A DNA stretch of 38,707 bases from Methanosarcinales archaeon (GTDB lineage Archaea; Halobacteriota; Methanosarcinia; Methanosarcinales; Methanogasteraceae). Under the pieces are notes generated by a model. That model did not search any database. It was given only the letters and a program-made list of their open reading frames with translations, and had not been told where the DNA came from. A program made the position numbers and the translations under genes. Shown here one piece after another: positions 1 to 7,229 of this stretch (position 1 is the stretch's first letter; each line of letters opens with the position of its first letter). The stretch lies in contig DAOURL010000003.1 in the NCBI GenBank assembly GCA_030625165.1, forward strand, positions 1 to 38,707. Reading direction: 5' to 3'.

Positions 1-330
1 GTCCTCGACAGCGGGGATTCCCAGCGGCCTCTTATCGCCATTTGGCTTCGGGATATAGACGCGCAAGACTGGTTGAGGCTTGTACTGCTTTGCTTTGAGC
101 CTTGCCACCAGATCTGCGATATTCTCATCCAATGCTTTCGCATATTCTCCTACTGTTACTCCGTCAATTCCGGGAGATTTACCTCTCTTTAACTCCCTGT
201 AACAATCTTTTAGGAAATCCTCTGTAAGCAAGTGTGCTAATGACGTAAACTTGCATTTTGGATCTTCCTTAGCTTTTGTAGCTATAATTGCTATAGCTTT
301 TAGAGTTTTGGACATCAGTTTTGTTGTCAT
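1..330 (-). CDS. ltrA: Group II intron reverse transcriptase/maturase, N-terminal 110 aa (partial; not in the ORF track)
   Basis: Manual translation MTTKLMSKTLKAI...KFTSLAHLLT...KSPGIDGVT...YKPQPVLRVYIPKPNGDKRPLGIPAVED shows RT0/RT1/RT2 motifs. GAGGTG lies upstream of the ATG. Confidence 0.93.
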   Translation of the reverse strand, partial: MTTKLMSKTLKAIAIIATKAKEDPKCKFTSLAHLLTEDFLKDCYRELKRGKSPGIDGVTVGEYAKALDENIADLVARLKAKQYKPQPVLRVYIPKPNGDKRPLGIPAVED

Positions 331-886
331 CTACATTCCACCTCAGGGTGTGGTAGATGTGCCCCTGGTGTCCAGCGCACTTCTGTCAGCCCCTTCCCTC
401 CACAGGAGTTACCCTGCTTCAACGGTAATATGGGCTGATCCGACTCCCAGTATGCCATTTGCGAGGTCTCACCGTTCATAGGCTTGACATCGCATACTCC
501 TGCTCCTGTACGGGGTGCAAGGAGAGTACATTGGGTCTCCCGAGTTCCCATAGTCACCGTTTGATACCATGCTACGGTCTTAGACCCCGCTGGACTCACA
601 TCACCTCGCAATGTCCCAGAGCTCCCTGCTAGATTCCAAGACCGGAGGATTGGACTAACGGTGGTGTGAATGCTGCCTTCCGTTACACGAAAAACGTCGG
701 CTTCCAGGATTGTCGAAATTTCGGGGCTCATAACCTTCACCTTTCGATTGCGGCCTAGTATCCCGTTCCCCCGGCCTCACAACAGTCTGTTACCAGACTG
801 CGTGCGGGGTTCGGTTCTGAGGTGGTGGCTAGCCTTTCCTCAGGCTGGATTTTCACCAGCTGGCGAGTATGGATTTATCTCGGCAC
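1..886 (-). mobile_element. Group II intron, 5' portion (domains I-III and start of the intron-encoded ORF); continues past the window start
   Basis: Minus strand begins GTGCCGAGA at 886. A stem-loop CGTT-TTTCGTGT-AACG (696-681) gives EBS1 TTTCGTG, which pairs with the 5' exon end CACGAGA (893-887) with one G-U. An RT ORF follows about 550 nt downstream. Confidence 0.85.
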
Positions 887-920
887 TCTCGTGCCATTCG
901 TCCATTCGTGAAATTCGTGA
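887..920 (-). repeat. Tandem (CA)CGAAT short repeats forming the intron 5' exon
   Basis: Minus strand reads TCACGAATTTCACGAATGGACGAATGGCACGAGA directly before the intron start. Confidence 0.7.
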
Positions 921-1192
921 TAAAAACTGCCAGAAATAGACTAAATTCATGATAAACCCCTCGAAACCAAAGTGGGGTGAGCTCTAGTAAATAACCGGTA
1001 TGACTGGTCATTTTTGCGCTGCAACGCGAGATACCAAAGACCCGATTTTTAGACATTGCCCGGATTATGCAAAACCCGCGGTCTCAAAACCCTTATATGC
1101 CATCCCCCAGAAGAGTAAACCAGACTTGGGTTGGGGGATGATATGCAATTCCTGACCGACTGGAACCCGGACTATTACACTTGCACAGAACC

Positions 1193-2611
1193 ATGACCCT
1201 GAGAAGAACAAAGATCGTCTGCACTACCGGACCAGCCACTGAATCCGAGGAATCCCTGCGCCAGCTGATCGGACACGGTATGGATGTCTGCCGGCTCAAC
1301 ATGTCCCATGGCACGCATGAGTGGCACGCGAGACAGATACGCATGGTACGGGCACTTTCGCAGGAGCAGAACCGTGCTGTAGCCATCATGACGGATATCC
1401 AGGGTCCGAAGATCAGGACATCCCGGGTGCAGGGCGGAAGCGTCATTCTACGCGCTGGAGATGATCTGACCATCCATTCCAGCGATATAATCGGGGATGA
1501 GTGTCATATCGGCGTGAGGTATCCGCTCTTTGCTAAAGAGGTATCCGAGGGTCAGACGATCCTGATCGATGACGGCAGGATCAGGATGGTGGTCGTGGAA
1601 ACCGATGGTGCGTGTGTCGAGGCGAAGGTCGTTGTCGGAGGAGTTCTCACCGATAAGAGGGGTGTAAGCGTCCCGGATGCACATTTTTCGGTACCGAGCG
1701 TCACTGAAAAGGACAAAAAGGATCTCTCATTCGGAATAAAGCACGATGTCGATTACATCGCGGTTTCATTCGTGAGAAGCGCGTCTGATATCTCCGGCGT
1801 CAAGCAGATGATCCATGAGCAGGGGGCAGATATCCCGGTCATTGCCAAAATCGAGACGAAAAAGGGGCTTGACAATTTTTCAGAGATACTGAAGGTGGCG
1901 GATGGTATCATGGTGGCGAGAGGGGATCTCGGAGTCGAGATTCCGATCGAAGAGGTGCCGATTACGCAGAAGAGGCTCATCAAGGAGTCCAATGCATCAG
2001 GCAAGCCTGTTATCACCGCAACCCAGATGCTCGAATCGATGATCCATGATGCGATCCCGACCCGCGCCGAGGCGACAGACGTCGCAAACGCCATACTGGA
2101 CGGGACTGATGCGATCATGCTCTCAGGGGAGACCACGATCGGGGACTATCCGATCGAGAGCCTTGTTATGATGGACCGGATCGCAAGAACGACCGAATCT
2201 GCGGGCTGGCGGGTGCGCATGGAAGCAGACGCCGATGCGACCGGACTCTCGATAAAACGCAGCATCGGGCGCGCCGTCTGCCAGCTTGCATGCGATCTGA
2301 ATGCCGCAGCGATCATCACCACCACGTACTCGGGAAGCACGGCAACGGTCGTCTCGATGTACCGCCCGGAAACTCCGATCATCGCGATAACACCGGACGA
2401 AGCGACATTCCGCAGACTTGCACTTATATGGGGCGTTACCCCACTGATAATCCCTACAGTGGAGACGACTGATGAGGCGATGGATGCATCGGTGCGATCT
2501 GCGATGGACGCCGGGTTCGTGAAGGCAGGGGACCGGGTGGTGCTCACGACAGGGGTGCCGATCTTCGTTGCCGGAACCACCAACCTGATCACGGTGAGGG
2601 TGGTGGAGTGA
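1193..2611 (+). CDS. pyk: Pyruvate kinase
   Basis: RRTKIVCTTGP, RLNMSHG, DIQGPKIR, AKIE, IMVARGDLGVE, ATQMLESM, DVANAILDGTDAIMLSGET. ATG 1193 preferred over TTG 1181. Confidence 0.97.
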   Translation: MTLRRTKIVCTTGPATESEESLRQLIGHGMDVCRLNMSHGTHEWHARQIRMVRALSQEQNRAVAIMTDIQGPKIRTSRVQGGSVILRAGDDLTIHSSDIIGDECHIGVRYPLFAKEVSEGQTILIDDGRIRMVVVETDGACVEAKVVVGGVLTDKRGVSVPDAHFSVPSVTEKDKKDLSFGIKHDVDYIAVSFVRSASDISGVKQMIHEQGADIPVIAKIETKKGLDNFSEILKVADGIMVARGDLGVEIPIEEVPITQKRLIKESNASGKPVITATQMLESMIHDAIPTRAEATDVANAILDGTDAIMLSGETTIGDYPIESLVMMDRIARTTESAGWRVRMEADADATGLSIKRSIGRAVCQLACDLNAAAIITTTYSGSTATVVSMYRPETPIIAITPDEATFRRLALIWGVTPLIIPTVETTDEAMDASVRSAMDAGFVKAGDRVVLTTGVPIFVAGTTNLITVRVVE

Positions 2612-2657
2612 GGATGCAGGAAATGTTTTATATTTAGCTTCATCAGAGAGGTAACAG

Positions 2658-2882
2658 GTGGATAAAATGGATATGACTGAGGTCGAGAGACGGTTGCTCG
2701 GATTGGATGATGAGATCCATGATCTTCTGCGATACATCGCTATATCTAAAGAACGAGATATAGAGGTCGAACTTGAGAACTATGAAGATATGAAGGAAAC
2801 GATATCAAGGAACTTGAAAGAACCGTTGGATCCCACTGCTGAGATTGGAAAGATGCGGGAGAAGCGATATCTGGTGCAGTGA
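2658..2882 (+). CDS. Small acidic protein, putative antitoxin of the downstream PIN toxin
   Basis: 74 aa; stop overlaps the PIN gene start (GTGA). Role inferred from position only. Confidence 0.7.
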   Translation: MDKMDMTEVERRLLGLDDEIHDLLRYIAISKERDIEVELENYEDMKETISRNLKEPLDPTAEIGKMREKRYLVQ

Positions 2883-3370
2883 TGAAACTCACGATCGACA
2901 GTGATGTGCTTGTTTATGCTTTTGTCAAACCCACTAAAAAGATATATAAGGAGCAGTTTGAGGAATTTGCAGCTTTGCATGATAAAGCGGATCGTATATA
3001 TAAAGGTGTGATCAGGGGCGACCACGAGTTGGTAATTCCTTCAACGGTTTTAATAGAAGTTGCGATTGTCATGAGCAGAATGGTGGGCAGTGATATCGCT
3101 AAAGCGGTTTACGAGAGGCTAAAGGGACACACCACTGAAATCCTGTACCTGAACGAAAATTTTACGACATATTGTGTAGACCGGGGGATTAAAACTCATT
3201 TAAGTGGATTTGATACCGTTGTTTTCTCCTGTGCCGATTATATGGATTCCGAGTTCATAACGAATGACCGACGTCTCTTTCGCAACGTTAAAAAGCACCA
3301 TCCGGGCACAAAGATGCACCTTCTGAGGGAGATGGATGCTGATGAGATTGAATACCTGAGCATGGTGTAA
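2879..3370 (+). CDS. PIN-domain (VapC-like) ribonuclease toxin
   Basis: IDSDVLV (D1), PSTVLIEVA (E2), SGFDTVV (D3), FITNDRRL (D4) match the PIN acidic quartet. Confidence 0.88.
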   Translation: MMKLTIDSDVLVYAFVKPTKKIYKEQFEEFAALHDKADRIYKGVIRGDHELVIPSTVLIEVAIVMSRMVGSDIAKAVYERLKGHTTEILYLNENFTTYCVDRGIKTHLSGFDTVVFSCADYMDSEFITNDRRLFRNVKKHHPGTKMHLLREMDADEIEYLSMV

Positions 3371-3507
3371 AGGCGTGACTAATGGTTGCAGTCACCCTGC
3401 AGATGGATTTTGCGTAGAGTGAGTTTATGGGAAACCAACGCGTGGTTTTGAGATTTTTGTACCAGGCAAACGCCATAGATAAATACGAATAGTGCTTATC
3501 ATTCTGT

Positions 3508-4152
3508 ATGGCTGAGGAGACGCCCAGACTGGAGATATTCGGGGATTCACCGACAACAGAAGATGGGTTGGGCTTTGACGATTATGCAGATATTCTTCTG
3601 GAGTTGATAGGGAATTTTGATGTAAGGAGCCCTCTGACCATCGGTATTCATGGAAGATGGGGTAGTGGGAAGACAAGCTTGATGAGGATGGTTGAGGCGA
3701 AGTTTGGAGATGACGAGGGTGTTAAGACGATCTGGTTCAATGCATGGGCTTATGCGGATGAACCGATCGGACTTGCATTGTTGCAACAGATATTAAATGA
3801 GTTCCAAAAGGAAGAGAAGTTAACAGTTAAAGGTATAAGACTGCTTGGAAACATTGGCAAATTGGGCACTGACGCCCTCTTAAGAAAAACCACAACGATA
3901 ACCCTTAAAGAAGCGGAAAATCTTTTTGAGAGTAGCGTTGGGATAAAAAGCACTCTCAGAGATGATTTTGAATCCGCAATAGATGAGTGTTTGGAAGATG
4001 GCGGGAGGTTAGTTGTTTTCATCGACGATCTGGATAGATGCCTGCCGGAGAAGACAATCGAGATTCTTGAGGTGATAAAGCTCTTTTTAGACGTTCCAAA
4101 GTGTATATTCGTGATTGGCGTGGAGAAAGAGGCGATCGAGAGGGGAATTTAG
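3508..4152 (+). CDS. KAP NTPase N-terminal half (upstream of the amber codon)
   Basis: D-x-LGF start, Walker A GRWGSGKTS, WFNAW, Walker B LVVFIDDLDRC, LEVIKLFL. Confidence 0.65.
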   Translation: MAEETPRLEIFGDSPTTEDGLGFDDYADILLELIGNFDVRSPLTIGIHGRWGSGKTSLMRMVEAKFGDDEGVKTIWFNAWAYADEPIGLALLQQILNEFQKEEKLTVKGIRLLGNIGKLGTDALLRKTTTITLKEAENLFESSVGIKSTLRDDFESAIDECLEDGGRLVVFIDDLDRCLPEKTIEILEVIKLFLDVPKCIFVIGVEKEAIERGI

Positions 4153-4257
4153 GTAAGATACAAAAGCAAGGAGCAGAAAATACCGATCAGCGGACAAGAT
4201 TATATAGAAAAGATAATTCAGATTCCTTTTGTCCTTCCGCCCATCAGAGAAGATGAT

Positions 4258-5664
4258 ATGGCGGATTTTATCGAAAATTTGGGTATTGGGGAACAAGAAA
4301 AGGGATATGTAACAATCGTTGCAAAATACACTGGATGCAACCCTCGGAAAGTGAAGCTGTTCTTGAATGTCCTTAGAATACGACGGGCGATTGCGGAAAG
4401 GACAGGAGGGGGGATTGAGCCTGATCTGTCTGCGAAACTCTTCGTCTTCGAATACGTTTTTCCGGAGTTTTACAGGGATGTTGTAAAGTACAAGGGTGGA
4501 GATCTTCTCTGCAAGTTAGAACGGCTTGCAAAAGGGGATTATGACGAAAAATTGAAAGAAGAATTGGAAAACTCTGAACTCCTGAGGAAATATCATGAAG
4601 ATGGGGATTTGAGTATCTTATTGAGAGATGAGCCGTTCTTCTGTGGAATCGATATTGAACCATATATCCACCTCTCAGGAACTGAAGCGTTTCAGGAAAT
4701 TATAGTGTATAATGAATTTATACTGAATGAGTTGTTCTGTGGGGATTATATGAAAATGGATCAAGCTGTGATTACGATTAATGGAATGCCGGATTCAGAG
4801 AAACAGCAATTTTTGAAAGGTGTTATATCAAAATTAAAAGATGGGGCTTGGCGTGTGCGTGAGAATGCCGCAGAGGTTCTTGGGTCGATAGGCGATGCAA
4901 GAACGGTTGAAGCACTGATTGGAGCGTTGGAGAATGGAGATGAGGATGAGTCTGTGCGGGGGGCTGCTGCACGGGCTCTTGGACATATAGGTGATGCAAG
5001 AGCGGTTGAAGCACTGAAATATGTGTTGAAGGATGAAGATGCTTTGGTGCGTTGGAATGCTGCAGAGGCTCTTGGAGGAATAGGTGATGCAAGAGCGTTT
5101 GAAGCACTGATTAGAGCGTTGAAGGATGTAGATTGGCGTGTGCGCGAGAATGCTGCACGGGCTCTTGGAGGAATGGGTGATGCAAGAGCGTTTGAAGCAT
5201 TGGAAGAAGTGTTGGAGGATGAGACTGCGTCTGTGCGCGGGGCTGCTACATTGGCTCTTGGGATGATGGGTGATGCAAGAGCGGTTGAAGCATTGGAAAA
5301 AGTGTTGATGGCTGATGATGACGTGTCAGTGCGTGGAAATGCTGCACTGGCGATTGAGTGGGTGGGTGGTACAAGAGCGGTTGAAGCACTGATTGGAGCG
5401 TTGAAGGATGTGGATAGGCATGTGCGTGAGAATGCTGCAGAAGCTCTTGGGGATATGGGTGGTACAAGAGCGGTTGTTGCATTGGAAAAGATGTTGAATG
5501 ATGATGACGCACTTGTGCGTAGGATCGTTGTAACGGCCCTTGGGAAGATAGGTGATGCAAGAGCGGTTGAAGCACTGGAAAAAGCATTGAAGGACGAGGA
5601 TTTTGTTGTGCGTGAGAATACTTCATGGGCTCTTGAAGAAATCAAAGCCAAACAAAATCAGTGA
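4258..5664 (+). CDS. KAP NTPase C-terminal part plus HEAT repeats (downstream of the amber codon)
   Basis: NPRKVKLFLN (KAP C-terminal motif), then repeats of VRxxAAxALGxIGDARAVEALxxALKDED. Confidence 0.65.
   Translation: MADFIENLGIGEQEKGYVTIVAKYTGCNPRKVKLFLNVLRIRRAIAERTGGGIEPDLSAKLFVFEYVFPEFYRDVVKYKGGDLLCKLERLAKGDYDEKLKEELENSELLRKYHEDGDLSILLRDEPFFCGIDIEPYIHLSGTEAFQEIIVYNEFILNELFCGDYMKMDQAVITINGMPDSEKQQFLKGVISKLKDGAWRVRENAAEVLGSIGDARTVEALIGALENGDEDESVRGAAARALGHIGDARAVEALKYVLKDEDALVRWNAAEALGGIGDARAFEALIRALKDVDWRVRENAARALGGMGDARAFEALEEVLEDETASVRGAATLALGMMGDARAVEALEKVLMADDDVSVRGNAALAIEWVGGTRAVEALIGALKDVDRHVRENAAEALGDMGGTRAVVALEKMLNDDDALVRRIVVTALGKIGDARAVEALEKALKDEDFVVRENTSWALEEIKAKQNQ
4849..5640 (+). 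repeat. About 8.5 tandem HEAT/PBS-lyase repeats, ~93 nt (31-33 aa) each
   Basis: Recurrent DNA blocks such as GGTGATGCAAGAGCGGTTGAAGCA and GTGCGTGAGAATGC. Confidence 0.9.
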
Positions 5665-5872
5665 CGAGGTGCTTCCGCCCCCCCCACCGGCATGCAACAC
5701 CCCGTCTGTGAGAATTGTTGACCGAGCGGCGGGCGCATCCCACCCCGAATCCTTGGCACGCAATCCAACCCCCACGCTGCTCGCGTATCCCCCCCATCCC
5801 ACCCCTGCCCGGCAGCAACCCGGCATCGAATAGCGGAATCGGGCACACCGTCTGCCGGTGGGCATATACCCC

Positions 5873-5976
5873 ACGCCGGCTTCGTGAAGGCAGGGGACCA
5901 GGTGGTGCTCACGACCAGAGTGCCGATCTTTGTTTCCAGAACTACGAATCTGGTCAGGGTTCGTGTGGTGGAATGA
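5873..5976 (+). pseudogene. Displaced duplicate of the pyk 3' end (33 codons plus stop)
   Basis: Translates AGFVKAGDQVVLTTRVPIFVSRTTNLVRVRVVE* versus pyk AGFVKAGDRVVLTTGVPIFVAGTTNLITVRVVE*; no indels. Confidence 0.9.
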
Positions 5977-5987
5977 GAACGGAAAAC

Positions 5988-6137
5988 GGGCAATGTCGAC
6001 TTTCCCAGTGAAATCGCCATGCCATTAGATTCTACCGCAGAGTGCGCAGAGCCACGCAGAGGACTTACGCAGCCTTGAAACTCTGCGCCCTCTGCGTTCT
6101 CCGCGGTGATAAATCACTTGATTTTCAGACAGTGCCC
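5988..6137. repeat. MITE-like element: terminal GGGCAATGTC / GACAGTGCCC inverted repeats enclosing a CGCAGAG...CTCTGCG palindrome
   Basis: Ends 5988-5997 and 6128-6137 are 9/10 complementary. Inside: ACCGCAGAGTGCGCAGAGCCACGCAGAG ... CTCTGCGCCCTCTGCGTTCTCCGCGGT (about 6034-6107). Confidence 0.6.
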
Positions 6138-6262
6138 GAAAAACGAATCCCCGGTTTTCGAGATTTTTGTACCCAAATGACCACATCTCATCCACCTGAA
6201 CCATATACATTAAATATAGTCGTCACCGTAATACAACACCCTGCACCAAGACGTTGCATACT

Positions 6263-6347
6263 GCCGGGGTGGCAGAGCGGACTAACGCGGCAGGCTCGAG
6301 ACCTGTTGTTCCCTTGGAACACTTGGGTTCGAATCCCAACCCCGGCG
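6263..6347 (+). tRNA. tRNA-Ser (anticodon CGA)
   Basis: Acceptor GCCGGGG/CCCCGGC, anticodon arm GCAGG-CTCGAGA-CCTGT, long variable arm TGTTCC-CTT-GGAACA, T arm TTGGG-TTCGAAT-CCCAA, discriminator G, no encoded CCA. Confidence 0.95.
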
Positions 6348-6365
6348 TAACCCAAATGTCCTAAA

Positions 6366-6416
6366 GGCACTGTCTGAAAATCTGAAGTGTTTTCACTGGT
6401 ACTTTCAGATAGTGTC
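6366..6416. repeat. Short inverted-repeat element of the same family
   Basis: GGCACTGTCTGAAA (6366-6379) ... TTTCAGATAGTGTC (6403-6416). Confidence 0.6.
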
Positions 6417-6512
6417 GCTGCGGCGATACTAACATATTCCGTGATAAATAATCATACTAAAATAACCAGATATTCGATGCGGCACCCGGGCAAGTTTGTA
6501 GTCCGTTTTATG

Positions 6513-6528
6513 GAAAGCCTTATATACC
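6513..6528 (+). promoter_or_regulatory. Putative archaeal BRE/TATA promoter of psmB-aCPSF1
   Basis: GAAAGCCTTATATACC about 75 nt upstream of the psmB ATG. Confidence 0.5.
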
Positions 6529-6596
6529 GGACGTATCACACTATAAATTGAGCAATTCATTGAGAAACTCGTTTTTTCGGTTATGAGGTGCTTCTA

Positions 6597-7229
6597 ATGG
6601 ACGATAATATACTAAAAGGTACGACCACTATTGGATTAGTTTGCAAGGACGGCGTTGTTCTCGCAAGTGAGCAGAGAGCAACGATGGGATATCTCATCGC
6701 GAGCAAGGATGCACAGAAGATATATAAGATCGATGATACCGTCGGCATGACCACAGCAGGCGCTGTCGGTGATGCCCAGCGGCTTGTACGCGTCATCTCG
6801 GTGGAATCGAGTCTGCACAGGATGCGGACGCACGAGCCGATGACGGTCAAGGCAATGGCAAACCTGCTCTCAACCGTGCTCGGTGCACAGCGGATGATGC
6901 CGTTTTATGTCCAGCTCCTGCTCGGAGGCGTGGACAAGACCGGTCCACGCATCTACTCACTGGACGCGCTCGGGGGGAGGCTTGAGGAGCGAAAAGCGGT
7001 ATCCACCGGATCAGGATCGCCGATTGCTTACGGAATACTTGAGGATCGATACAGGGAAGACATCACCACCGACGAGGGCGCCGATCTCGCGGTGCGTGCA
7101 CTACACAACGTTATGAAGCGGGACTCGGCATCCGGGGATGGGATCGATGTGATAATTATCACAAAAGACCAGTATACCCAGATGCACGGGGACGATATCA
7201 AGAAGAGAATCGGCGAACTGGGGAATTAA
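6597..7229 (+). CDS. psmB: Proteasome beta subunit
   Basis: Propeptide then KG|TTTIGLV catalytic Thr, [30 protein letters not shown] before ATG 6597. Confidence 0.96.
   Translation: MDDNILKGTTTIGLVCKDGVVLASEQRATMGYLIASKDAQKIYKIDDTVGMTTAGAVGDAQRLVRVISVESSLHRMRTHEPMTVKAMANLLSTVLGAQRMMPFYVQLLLGGVDKTGPRIYSLDALGGRLEERKAVSTGSGSPIAYGILEDRYREDITTDEGADLAVRALHNVMKRDSASGDGIDVIIITKDQYTQMHGDDIKKRIGELGN

Larger units (their letters stand above)
3508..5664 (+). pseudogene. KAP-family P-loop NTPase fused to C-terminal HEAT/PBS-lyase repeats (718 codons), interrupted by one in-frame TAG at 4150-4152
   Basis: ORFs 3508-4152 and 4258-5664 share a frame. The intervening 35 codons are open and encode the KAP motif DYIEKIIQIPFVLP. 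Could be a nonsense allele, a sequencing error or read-through. Confidence 0.75.
2612..5976. mobile_element. Integrase-free genomic island inserted at the pyk 3' end
   Basis: Bounded by a 104-bp direct repeat (2508-2611 vs 5873-5976, 87/104 identical). Genes are visibly more AT-rich than pyk; cargo is a TA pair plus a KAP NTPase. Confidence 0.7.

Noticed and set aside
251-939. ORFs 251-481, 327-740 and 670-939
   Set aside because: They overlap the structured intron RNA or RT gene and show no protein motifs.
4849-5640. CRISPR or DGR template/variable repeats
   Set aside because: Repeats are in-frame coding HEAT units, differences are not adenine-specific, and the nearby RT has group II intron RNA features.
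4761-5651. 296-aa antisense ORF
   Set aside because: Shadow of the repetitive HEAT coding strand.
5873-5976. pyk tail duplicate as a DGR TR/VR pair
   Set aside because: Mismatches involve all bases and are largely synonymous third positions.
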